A stretch of 64,000 bases of DNA. Origin: Paraspadella gotoi (taxonomy: Eukaryota; Animalia; Chaetognatha). The stretch spans positions 21,952,681-22,016,680 of the forward strand of contig CM119264.1 in assembly GCA_051294375.1 (NCBI GenBank). Reading direction: 5' to 3'. Every line of letters starts with the position of its first letter. Position 1 is the first letter of the stretch. The notes under the pieces are model-generated. The model was not told where the DNA came from, ran no database searches, and saw only the letters and a program-made list of their open reading frames with translations. Shown here piece after piece: positions 51,898 to 64,000 of the stretch. A program made the translations under genes and the position numbers.

Positions 51898-54536
51898 CTT
51901 TTTTTTTTTTTTCATTTTTTTTTTTTTTTTTTTTTTCCCTCCTACTCTCGATCATCGATCGAGTGGTAGTCGGTTGGGCTTTTCACTCTTTCTCTTTCAC
52001 CAGGTGCGACGAAAAAAAAATTCGCCGAGCGGGATCGGGCCCGCGGATTTCTCTCTCCTCTCCTCTCTCTCTCTCTTCTCTTCTCTCTCGTCTCTCTCTC
52101 TACTCTTCTTACGTTTTTCTCTTGCTTCCCCTCGCTCTTTATTTTTCCTATCTTTTTTTCTCTCTAATGTAACATTTGTCATTATCCTCCTTTTTAATTT
52201 CTAATCTTACATGTTTATTTATACTAAACTGAAAACATACAATTTTTTTTCATAACATATTCAAACATTAATGATTAATTTCTTTTTTAATTATATTATA
52301 AATTAAAATATATGCTCAGTTGTGTTTTTGTTATTTTCGTTTCTGTTATTTTATTGGTGAATAACAAAAAGAACAAAACCAGCCTTTCAATGAAACTCAA
52401 GACTATCATTCTATTTTTTCTTATCATTTATGGTGAATGATCTTAGAATCATCTTAGAATAAAGGCGAGCCGACCACATTTAAATTTTTAATGGAACAGC
52501 ATTAACAAATCATTATTATTGCACTATTGTGTTAAACTATTTTTTTTCATTAGAACATTCTTGGGATTCATTTTTTTTCTGTAATTTTTTTTTTTCATTG
52601 TGAATTTTCTTAGAGATGAAAGAAAAATTAATATTGACCGAATTATAAGGAATTTTTGTTTGTTATATAGTAATAATTTTAAAAAAAATGATTAAAATGA
52701 AAAAGCTGGCCTGACAGGACAATTAATGCAGAAATTTCCAGAGCGAAACTATATAACTGTTTTGGGGATTAATGGGGGGGGCTTTTTTTTTTTTTATTGT
52801 TTGTGTTTTTTCTTTTGTTTATCAACAGCCTTTGGGCTCAACATCTGGTATAAGGCGACCTCTCAAAACAGAATGGAACTAACTAACTTTTTCCCAAGAA
52901 AAAACCTGTGCTAGACTTTTTTAAAAATTTTGATATGTAGGTAAATCAAATGAAATTTAAATAAGAATTAAAATAATTAAATGTTTTGGTGATGTAAATA
53001 ATTTTGGCATTCCTAAGGAGTTGGGAAAGATGAAGAGCAAGGTTTTTCTTAATAAATTAAGTGGACAACAGAAAGGATAAAATGGAAGGAGAACGGAAAG
53101 AGGATAATAATTTCTTTCTCTCTTTCTTCTTTCCTATGGAAAGAAAAATTAATAAGGAATGCAGAATACTATCATACACACCTTTTTTTAATATTTGAAT
53201 TTATTGTAATTAATATTAATATTTAGGTAATTGATATGTTATTAGTAAAAGTACGTTAAGGTTAAATTTTTATTTTTATATTATTTTTTTTAAAAAATTT
53301 ATTTAAATATTTTTTTTAATTTTATTAAGTTTTGAATTAATTTGAAGCAAAATATATCAGTAATTAGGATTAAGGGCTAAGTAAGGTTAAAGATATAAAC
53401 AAAAAAAATCAAATAAATAATGAATTTTAAAAATAATACAATATTATTGAGGAGAAAACAAACATTTATATAAAAATTTAAAATGAGAGAGAAAACAAAC
53501 ATTTTTATATTAAAGAGACCCGGATCCGCAGCAGAAACTCAATAGATCCGATTCGTGGGGCAGAGAGAAAGCGCTCGGTGGTGATTGAGGTGATAGAGAG
53601 AGAGAAAAGAGTTAAGTTCGCCGCTACAGCTCCCCCCGATCGGATCGACTTTGCAGCCCCGCGTGCGATGCCGGGAGATAGGGAGAAGGAATGAGGAACG
53701 GAGAAGTAAGAATGAGCGCCTGGCGAAGTAAGTCGAGAGTCAGGGAGAAGCCGATCGGCCGCCGCGCGGCTGCTCCTGGATCGCGTGCGCTGATACGAGG
53801 CTTCTAGTATTAGCCAGTCCTCTCTTCTCGGATCTCTCTCTCTCTCATTTAGAGAAACGTTGTTCTCTCATTGTTCGCGGTATGGAACGCAAATTATTGT
53901 CGGACCGCAAAAAAAACGAATTTTGTCTTTCGTCCGTCGATTGCGTGTCGGGTACAATAAGAGAACTGCAATCTGGGAAAGCAGAGGAGACGCATGGGGA
54001 AAAAGCTTGGCACACATAAAGTGGATGTAAACCTTTCGGAATGTCATTGGGGTGCAACTTGGGTGTTTGACAAAAAACCAGCCTGTTGCCAACCCTTTAA
54101 TCCCTCGCAAGCTATTTTCGTCAGCATGGTGCAATTTCGAATCAAAATTCGCGTTTTTTTTTCCCCCGCACGGAAAGAAATACGGACCCATAGTAAAACA
54201 ACGACTCGATTCTCATCATCTCTCTTCCATCTCTTTTTCTCCGCGCCTCTCCTCTCTCTTTCGTCTTTGCTGTCCTCTCCCTCGCTCCTCTCGCTCGTAT
54301 CGTCTCTATCATCATCTCTCCTCACATCCCCCTCTCTCCTCTTTCATATAGTCGTGTTCTCGTCTCTCTACTCCTCTTGTCCGTCACATCTCATCGGTCT
54401 CTCTCAACTCACTCTCTCTCTCTCGTCAATTTTTTCTCTCTCGTTCGCTTTCTCTTTCTCTCAGTTTCTCTCACCGCTCCCAGTAAAATCCCTGTAGAAT
54501 CGTTCGTTCCACATCGTCGTCTACCACTGAACCTTC

Positions 54537-54568
<32 letters not shown>

Positions 54569-55298
54569 CCTTCTCTTTCTCTCTCCGTCCTCTCTCTTTG
54601 CTCGTCTTCTCTCTTTCTCTCTCTCTCACTCTCGTGAGGTAAAGGCCGCGATGGGCGCCCGCAGTAAAAACACAGCGAGACACTCGTTGTTCATATGAGT
54701 AAAACAAGCGACTCCATTTTTTTCTGGTCCTAAGCGTTTTCGTCAAAACAAAAGACGAACAAAGGGTGATTACGAAAACAGAGAGAGAGAGAGATAGTTT
54801 GATAGCAAAATGCCTTTAAAGAAAAGCGAGGATGAAGAAAGGGAGGGAGGGGGGGGCGAAAAATAACAAGGAAAGAAGTTCATACTCGAATCCGTTCATC
54901 AATTTTGGTGAGAAAAAGACAGAGACAGAGAGAGTAAAACTGAGAAAACGACGATAAAAAGAATTGAGCGGCACTTTTAAAAAGGCGCGTATCTTAAGTG
55001 CAAAGAATGAAACTAATGCCGGCGACTAAAAATAAATAAAACTGAAGGAAAAAAAAAAGAAATAAAGCCTAATTGAAGAGGGAAAGAAAAAGAAAGAATC
55101 GAGATGGACGGAAAGATAAGAAGAAACGGAGGACAAAAAAAGATGAAAGGGAGAAAAGAAAAAAAGAAAAGGAAATTGAAGGGAATCCGAACGGCGAGTT
55201 CCGACTCCAGCAGAGAAGAGGATTAATGGGGTGGAAATAATTGGCAAATATCATTGAACTCCAGCAGAACAAGGAATAAAAAAGTAATGAATATCTCG

Positions 55299-55358
<60 letters not shown>

Positions 55359-56610
55359 GCCCGGGAAAATCGGACGCCGGGGAAGGAAATTAACTCCTTT
55401 AAAAACATTTCTGGCAAATATAAATGGAAATTCTGTAACAAAGCTAAATGAGTGGAGGGGGAAAAAAAAGCGTATGAAGCATGAGAAGGAATTTAATCAA
55501 AAGATGAGAGAGGAAGAGAGAAAGAGAGAAAGAGAGTGAAAGAGAGATTGCGATCGAAAGACGAGAAAGGCAAATAAAAAGGACGAAAATATCAAATAAG
55601 AAAGAAAACATTGAGAGTAAAAACAAACACGAACAAGAATCCAAGGAAACGATTCAACCATGAAAGCTCATGAAAGAAAAAAAAATCATAATTTTTAAAA
55701 TTTTATTTTTAAGCTTTAATAAATCATTTGTTTAAAAAATTATAATGAAGTATCAAAAGGTAATAATCAATGACAAAAGAAAATGGACCAGAAAACTTAA
55801 TAACAAAAAAAGGGTCAAGAAACATTTTCGCTCACCTTTCGCAGGGACATCGTCGCAATCGACGAAAATTCCTCGCGAGAAAAACGAAAATCTGTCTTCG
55901 CGTCCGAATGCTGAGCGCGTCTAGACTTGTTTTGTTCACAGAACAAACACCACAGAGAGAGAGAGAGAGAGANNNNNNNNNNNNNNNNNNNNNNNNNNNN
56001 NNNNNNNNNNNNNNNNNNNNNNNNNNNNNNNNNNNNNNNNNNNNNNNNNNNNNNNNNNNNNNNNNNNNNNNNNNNNNNNNNNNNNNNNNNNNNNNNNNNN
56101 NNNNNNNNNNNNNNNNNNNNNNNNNNNNNNNNAGAGAGAGAGAGAGAGAGAGAGATGTTTCACGTTCCGAAGAAGGCGCCTCTTCGATCGCGGGAAGCGA
56201 GAAACATCGATCATGACGATTTCTCGGAAATCGGTTGTCCAGCGACGACGACGACGACGACAACGATGACAAGGACGACGGCGACGACGTATAAGACTAT
56301 TGCGCCAAAACCATTAATAAGAACTTGCGGTGAGATTTTTCTCACGAATAGATCTTCAGTCCTTTCCTATTTTCTTAATCGGCACTGCTAGTTTTTTTAA
56401 CTTCCTCACCTCACGACATTTGTTCTTCTATNNNNNNNNNNNNNNNNNNNNNNNNNAGAAATTTTTCATTACTTTGTCAGTTACAAGAACACGTGAGCGT
56501 CTGTCCTTTTCTTCTCCATCTACTCTCTCCTCTCCTCATCCCTCTCCTCTCTCTTCTCTCTTCTCCTCTCTCTTTCTCTCTCTCTACTCTCTCTCTGCTC
56601 TCTTCTTCTT

Positions 56611-56642
<32 letters not shown>

Positions 56643-58421
56643 TTTCGTCTCTTCTTCCCTTCTTCATCCAAAACGAGAAGAGCCGCGAACTCTGTTCAAT
56701 ATCTCTCGGCGTCGGACGGGCATAAAAGCGGAGGCGTCAAGCATTTAACGCCGCCATAAAAAATGCGCGCTCGGTCAAAACAAAATGTTTCGCATTTGTG
56801 GCGCGTTGCTCGGCCGAGCGCTTGGCGGCGCGTTGGCGTCGGCGTTTTTTACGCCGGGGCTCCTCGCCTGCTGTTTGTCTTACCGCCGATTCTCCAATCC
56901 GCGCCCCCGACCGGCACGCTGCGAGAATAGAGTCGGAAAGACGACGACGATGACAAGACGAACGAGGATTTTCGCTACTTTCCTCGACGGCGGAAACTGC
57001 GAAATGAGGATTTCCTCTTTTTTTTTCTAATCTAACAGATGTAAAATGACTGAGATCAAAATGGTCATCGTCTTAAACCTTTACGATCTGTTTCAACTTT
57101 CGCTTCGCGGTCCTTTAAAATTCAGTATTATTTTAAAGACTACCAGGGTTTTAAAAGTCTCAGTGGTATTGCGCACAAAAATTTTTTTAAAAAAATAATT
57201 TTTTCTCTCATTCGAGAATTTGCGTTTTTAAACTTATGATTTAAGCCTAACGAAAGCTGTACTTTAATCCGGTTTAATTCCAAAGTTTGACTTTTAAATA
57301 TTTGATTTACGCCAACTGATTTACGGTCAATTTGTTTATCAGCCTTGCTTGCATATTTATAAAATCAAGTTAATAATGTTAAAAGACTAAGATCGATTAG
57401 CAAACTAAATTATTGTTCTTAACTTTTTAAATTTGTTTTTTAGATTTTTTAACACCCACTCCTTTACTCATAATGTTGGCTTTGCCAGAACTTGCGGAAA
57501 TTAGACTAGACTCCAAATATGTTTCAGCATTTATTTTAAAAATGAATGATTACAGGAGAGAGAGAGGAGAGTGAGAAGACTACGAGAGAGACGAGAGAGA
57601 GAGACGAGAGAGGTGTGGAGAGGAGAGAGGAAGAGAGAGAGAGAAGAGAGAGAGAGAGGAGAGAGGAGGACAAAGAGAGAAGAGAATGAAATGAAATTGA
57701 ATTGGAATTGAATTGATTGAATTTTGAATTGAATTGAATTGAAATTGAATTGAACAGTAAATGACCACTGGACCAGCAAATCGTACGCTCTCTTAAGGCG
57801 GTCTTTGTTTTTTCGGAGGTTTAAATATGAGGAGAGAGTATAGAGAGAGGGACCAAGAGACCGAGAAGAGAGAGATAAGAGAAGAAGTTAATTCTTTTCA
57901 GCCCTAGGAGTTTTCCGATGAGTTAAACGTTACCTTTAAACGAAAGACAATATATTCTATCGGTGATAAGTATAGTTATATGTACCAAATTTTGAGGTGA
58001 AAACGAACATTTTTATTTTCACACATTATTTTTGTGGCCATTATTGCAAACGGTTGGTGCGTTTGATGGTTCACCAATTCTCATTTATCAAAAAAACATT
58101 TTTTCGAAGAAATGTTGGCGAATGAAACTGGTTGAAAGTGTCACGTTTTTCTCAACGGATTCTTTCGCCCACCCAAAATGGTTGGACAGGATGGCCAGGG
58201 CCCGGTGGCCGGGGGGTTCTTTGGTCAAGTGACCGCTCGACAATTCCTTACTATTATTATTTCCTTTTCTCTTCGTCAGATGGTTTGGACAAGTTTTTGG
58301 TGCCAACGCAATTTCACACCAGCGCAGAGGTACTGGGCCGAGGAGGGAAAAATGATGTATTAAAAGATTATGTCAGATGGAAAGGGAGAGGAGAGAGAGA
58401 GCAGGAGAGATAAGAGACATG

Positions 58422-58456
<35 letters not shown>

Positions 58457-58841
58457 AAGAGGAGAGAGAGAGAAGAGAAGAAAGAATTATACCTTAGCGC
58501 GAAGTGGCCAGGAGGATTTACGGTGGATTTCGACGCATTAAGAAAAAGATAGTTTGGGGAAATAGTTTTTTTTCGTTTTCTAATTTGGATGTTAAACAAT
58601 AAAAACCAGAATTCAAATGAAACATTGTATAATTCCCCTCTCACTCTCTCTCTCCTCCACTCTCTCTCTCTCTCTCTCTGCTCTCCTCTCTACTTCTCTC
58701 TCTCTCTACCTCTCTCTCTCTCTTCTCTCTCCTCTCCTCTCTTCAGCCCATCCCTTCGAAAAGTCGTCTCCAATAAGGCCGGAAGGAATGACATTAATCG
58801 TTGAGCATTAAATGGCAATGAAAATTAATCAGGTCTCTCCC

Positions 58842-59370
58842 GTCAACTCTTCTTCTCTCAACTCTCTGTCTCTCAAGCTCTCTTCTCTCAAACGGTCTAT
58901 CTCTTCTTCTCAACTCCTTCTCTCAAGACTCTCTTTCTCAACTCTCTTCTCTCAAACGTCTTCTTCTCCTCAAACTCTCTTCTCTCAAAACTCTCTTCTC
59001 TCAAAAACTCTCTTCTTCTTTCTCTCAACTCTCTTCTCTCAACTCTCTTCTCTTCAACTCTCTCTCTTCTCGTTCAGACTTCTTCTGCTCAACTCTCTTC
59101 TCTCAACTCTTGCTTCTCTCAAACTCTCTTCTCGTCCAAACTAACTATTTCTCTCAACTGCTCTTCTTCTCAACTGCTCTTCTCTCAAACTTCCTCTTAT
59201 CTACAACTCTCTTCTCCCTCAACTGCATCTTCTCTCAACTCTCTCATCTTCTCTACAACTCTCTTCTCTTCAACTCTTTTCTCCTCACACTCTCTTCTCT
59301 CAATCTTTTTCTCTCAACCTCTCCTTCTCTCGACTCTCTTCTCTCAACTCGTCTTGCTCTCAACTCTCTT
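58842..59370. repeat. Noisy pyrimidine-rich minisatellite, 14-bp unit CAACTCTCTTCTCT
   Basis: Read directly; clean units around 59025-59110. Confidence 0.88.
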
Positions 59371-61770
59371 CTGTCTCTCCTCTCTCTCTCTCTCTCTCCT
59401 CTTTTTTCTTTCTTTTCTCTGTCAGTCTCCCTCCATCTCGTTTATTAGTTTTCCTCCGTCATTTTAAGACTCACAATGTTATTTAACTGTATCTCTCTCT
59501 CTCTCTCTTTCCTCCTTTTATTATTTTTTCTTTATTCGACTTAGTATCTTTTTTCTTAGGATCTTAATAGTTTTTCAATTCTTAGTTTAATTTTGATTCG
59601 TTCATTCTTTTTTTTTTTCTTTCTTTCTTTCTTTTTTTTTCTTTTACTTTTTTCTTTCATTGAATTTTTATCTTCTATTCCAAACGGAAAAAAAATTTTA
59701 ACAGAAGATTATTTCTGTTCACTTTTCAAAGAAAATCAGTTGGAAAAATCATACATATCTGTTTTTTTTTATCTTTTCATTTTTAATTATCAGATGATTT
59801 TTGTGATTATTAATGCAAAACTATTTTAATAGAATACTAGCACTTTCGTCTGACCCTAGCTCCCCCGCGAACCCCCTACCTCACTCATCTTTCTCTCTCT
59901 GCCTCCTCTCTCTCTCCCTCCTCTCCTCTCCTTCTTCTCTCAATCTCCTCTCTCTCTCCTCTCTCTCTTTATTCACCTCTCGTCGCCGGCGCCACCAGAC
60001 GCCGTGCCTCCAGAAGAAAACAAAGACGAAACTTCCTTTCCCTTAGAAATTTGTCATCCGTTGATCGGATCGATCGTCGCGGTCATCACTTCGCGAAGCT
60101 TCTACTAGTTTTACTCTCTTTCATTTTCTTTTTTCCTCCTTTTTTTCAACGGCCTTCTCAAAACATTGACAAAAGCTTCGCTCCTTTTACTTGCCCCTTT
60201 GGGGTATTTCTCNNNNNNNNNNNNNNNNNNNNNNNNNAAAGAAGAAAGGAATTCGTGAAGACAGGCTCGAGGAAGGAACCAATAACGACTTTTTAAATGT
60301 TATAGGTAGCCTTATACAGACTCAATTATACGTAGATTATATACTATATCTGGAGATCAAACTTCTCACCACAGAACAAAGCGATTAATCGACAGGCACC
60401 TATTCTCAACTAAAATGAAAATTTCACGATCTGAAAAAATTTCTACACCGATATCTGGTCTAAAGTCCACGAAATTATATTATCATACTCTTTCATTGTT
60501 TAAACAATCTATCCAGTAATGTAGTTAATTTTTGCTGATTATTCATATTTTTGCCCACAACAGCTATTTTAAGAGAGCATATGGCAAGACTGTATTAGTA
60601 GCATAAACATTCATACATCCTCTCCACTCTACACCAACAAAGTGCTTCTGCCTCTAGCTTCGGATCCTCTGCTTATACAGTCTACGTCATCCCGGAGACC
60701 CTCCTACACTCCTACTCTCCAACTAGATCGGTCTCTCCTCTCGTGCACCCATCTCATCCCCACCAATCTTGTCGGCATATCACCAACATCATTCCATCGT
60801 CTCAATCACTACCATTTCTAATTGAGCGGAGGCAGAGCACGTATTATTGACAGTAATCGACTATACTTTCTTTCTGTTGTGCGCCTAGTAATATTTAGTC
60901 GGATCGTCCGTGGTCATTTGCTGAGAGAGGCAATTATATAGCTATTACTGTCTCTGTTTTTCTAGATTTGATTATATCAATTTATATATCCTCCTAATTG
61001 TGTTTGTTTATCTATAACAAAACTTATCTGTGTCCTTCTTCTAATACTGCAATAAAATATAATCATCATTGACAAAAAAAAACAAAGTGCTCGTCCGTTC
61101 GCCTAATCTTCCTTCTTTCTGTCTGTCTTCTTACCTTTAACCGAAACCGCGCTTTAGGAGAGTGTATGTTGTAATTATAGCGCCACTCATTCCGACTCTC
61201 TATCTGTTTGCGCCAAATCTTGTTAAAATTGTTTCGCTCCCATCATCAATCTTCAGTCCCACGCCCACTTCCTCCTTCCCTCTCCTCTTCCTTCCTCCTC
61301 CCCATCCTCTTCGTCCCGTCCGGATTCTCTCTTGGTTGGCTCACGCAGTGAAAAAAAGTGATGTTGCCCGGTGAGTGGGACGACCCCACGAGAACAGTAC
61401 GAAGGCTGGGCAAACTTCCTTTCGAAGCGTTCAGCAAGGCCGGAAAGCTTCAGTAAAGTCTGGAGTTTCCAAGGACCCACAAGAACGCGGTAACAAGGGC
61501 GGGTAGCGGTACGAGCGGTACAGGGCACGGAGGGACGAGAGAGAGAGAGAGACGAACGAACCTCAACCTCTCTCTCTCAGTCTCTCTCTCCTACGAGTAC
61601 GCGACCCTCGGTAAGCCCAAATAAGAATTGAGCTTTTTAAATAAGAATTTCCTTTTTTTTTTTTAAATTATCGAATTTCCGCAAATTCTTTAGACTTCTC
61701 TTCTCATCCCTCAGCGGCTTCCCCTTCTTCTCGCAGGGCATCTCCACCCGGCTTCCGCTCCTTCGGTCAC

Positions 61771-61951
61771 CTGCCCGCTCAAAAGGACGAAGGGCGTTGC
61801 GGCGTCCGGGAACGAACGCGACGCACGACGACGCCATGGTGCGCGGAGATCGCCGAGGCCCGAAGCGCTGGAGCTCGTCGAAGCATAGCCGAGGATCAGC
61901 TGATGCAAGGAGGCAGACGACGTCGGGGCGGAGCCGTGGGGAAACGATTAC
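61771..61951 (-). CDS. Possible internal exon, product unknown
   Basis: GC-rich island bounded on - by CCCCCCCTCATACTTAG|GTAATC and GGGCAG|GTGACC; open as VIVSPRLRPDVVCLLASADPRLCFDELQRFG...; no family recognised. Confidence 0.25.
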
Positions 61952-62004
61952 CTAAGTATGAGGGGGGGGGAGAGTGGGGAAAGGGAACAGGGAGAGGACA
62001 TTGA

Positions 62005-62220
62005 TGAAAGAAAAGAAAGAAAGAAAGATAAGAGAGAAAGAAAGAAAAGAAAGAAAGAAAGAAAAGAAAGAAAGAAAGAATAAAAGAAAGAAAGAAAGAA
62101 AAAGGAAAGAAAGATAGATAAGAGAACAGAAAAAAGAAAAAAGAAAAGAAAAGAAAAAAGAAAAAGAAAAAAGAAAAGAAAAAAAAAGAAAGAAAGAAAT
62201 AAAGATAAATAAAGAGAGAA
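62005..62220. repeat. (AAAG)n / A-rich purine tract
   Basis: Read directly. Confidence 0.9.
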
Positions 62221-64000
62221 GGAAAAAAACGTAATCGTCATAGTGACCTTTCTTCAGGATCGAAGAACCATCACCGTGAAGCGGGTGCGTCGGTGGAGAA
62301 GGCCTAACATCTTTCCGATCTCCAAATGATCTCCAGTGACTCCAACAGACTCCACAAAGAAGAAGAAAAATTCTAAAAGGCAAAAAAAAAACATATCGTT
62401 TCTTGATGAGCTGAGGCCGTGAAGCAACTTTTGTCTTAATTCTTTTATCTTTCACGTATTTTCATTTTTCTATAGCTCGGAGCATGGCCGTGACTCTCTC
62501 TCCTGCTCCTCCATAATGCCGTCCAAGCCGACTAGAACCAGCCCGTAAGCAACAAGCCTCTCCGGCTCTCATTCCTCTCGTCTCACTCCCATCTCTCCCC
62601 CCTCTTTTCTTCAATACGTGTCAACTATATATAAACATATACAATTAAATTTTAGACAAAAATGACCAACCACAATCTCATTCAAGGATTCGAAACCAAA
62701 CGATTTTAACACCGAAGAAAGTAAGTTTGGAGTCATTAATATTTTCCATTTTCAAGAAAAAACATCTCGGATCAAAAAATTCGCTCGATTAAAAAAAAAA
62801 GAGAAAATGAAGATGAAAAAGTTTCTTTGAAAAAAAAAAAATTATAAATAAAAGGGTCTACGGTTTTCAAAAGTCCCGCACTTTTTTTAAAAAATTCTCC
62901 ATATTATATCTTATTTTAAATATTGTTGAGCATAAATTCAAAAATAAAGGTAATGTAAGGTTAAAAGGAAAAAGGATTTTATTTAAAATATTAAAATCAA
63001 TTCTCCTTTAAGAAATAGAAAGAAAAAATTTACAAAATTACGTACCTAAAAGTTTAAAAAGTTTTATAAAATTTATTCTTCAGATGATTCACTCTAAATA
63101 ACTGTACATGTAATTTAAAATCTAACATTAACTTTAAGAGTCGCTTCCCGCGGCTGAATAAAAAAAAAAAGAGAAGAAAGTGAGGAATAAAAAGAAGATG
63201 GAAAATTATTCTTGAATCCGGCGACAATCATGGAACGAGGACGAAATCATCGGGCTTTTCAGGCCGAGATCCTTTCTTCCCATGTCATAAAGCGTCGGTC
63301 CAGACCATTCCTTCCATGCCAACCATGCCAACCTCGCGAGAAATAAAAAGCATGGTTTTGATAACTCTCGTTCCGATATAATAAATCGAAGAATCTAAAG
63401 AAAATAAAGACAAAAACGATAAATTCTTAAGGAGCGGCCGTAAAATTCAATGCAATGATAAATGTTTGAAATAACCGCGTAAGAAAGTTTTTTTAAGAAA
63501 AATGCCGAGATGGGAAATAACGTCGAAGGCGCTGTGTGCGCAGGGCGGCGGTCGGGATATTGAACGTTCTCAGATGCTATGATTTATGATGGGGTCGATG
63601 GCGAAACCACCCACGGTCCTTCGCATAAAAGGAACTCCTTCCAACTACCATTGAATAATGGCTCTCGTTTTTGACACCACTTTATGCGCGTCCATGCCGC
63701 CGTCTATGAGGTTCATTTGTTTTAAACCGTATTTTTTTGGTTTAATAAAGTTGGAAATCTCCATCAACTTGAATGCGAGAACATTGAATTCTGCATCTTT
63801 GCTCTTGCAATCAAAATCAAATTGAAAATGACGCATCGTGGGTTAGGAACTGAATGCCTGTCATTCATTCACATCGTCTTCTTTCCTTCGGCTCACGATA
63901 TAAAAAAATCAATATAATCCTATAAATCTCGTCTGCGTAAAATCCGTTGGATTCGACTCGCCAAAACGGAGATGGCGCCTCTGGTTTATGTATTCTAGTT

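Larger units (their letters stand above)
47980..60237. other. Low-quality region with scattered direct and inverted re-occurrences of the same segments; probable long-read gap-fill artefact
   Basis: Direct pairs: 48030-48420 with 50983-51410; 48455-48714 with 53843-54190; 50772-50900 with 60080-60212. Inverted pairs: 50370-50655 with 56150-56431; 49950-50082 with 59442-59576. 25-N gaps at 48715, 56432 and 60213. Differences are mostly indels. Confidence 0.85.

Noticed and set aside
59490-59520. PacBio SMRTbell adapter remnant
   Set aside because: Only the CT-rich start resembles it, the GTTGTTGTT part is absent, and the same sequence occurs in the other genomic copy near 50010-50035.

Overview
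Eukaryotic, most likely invertebrate metazoan, genomic scaffold; the taxon cannot be fixed from the sequence. It is mostly non-coding and very rich in microsatellites: (CT/GA)n, (GAC)n, (TTCA)n, (AAAG)n. It has 13 N-gaps. Four are exactly 25 N and sit beside indel-ridden duplicated sequence, which points to uncorrected long-read gap filling, so 1.9-5.2 kb and 48-61 kb are partly assembly artefact. Almost all ORFs in the supplied track are spurious translations of simple repeats. The best-supported gene is a + strand secreted or cell-surface protein at 45.0-46.4 kb: signal peptide, Ser/Thr mucin-like region and a polybasic site, then across a gap the first half of a GDNF-receptor-alpha/GAS1 cysteine domain (NCLDALRVCRIGGDCDLAFHIVVRAC, C-x6-C-x5-C-x10-C). 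Mobile DNA includes an internally deleted Tc1/mariner element with TIRs and TA TSD (16155-16730), a 2.5-kb TIR element with a GTAA TSD (7707-10179), several DINE-1/HINE-like elements with internal tandem arrays, two tRNA(CAT)-like SINE heads and several minisatellites. No CRISPR, rRNA or prokaryotic system is present. I found no convincing wholly novel system; the GFRalpha/GAS1-like gene with its N-terminal mucin region is the most interesting element.
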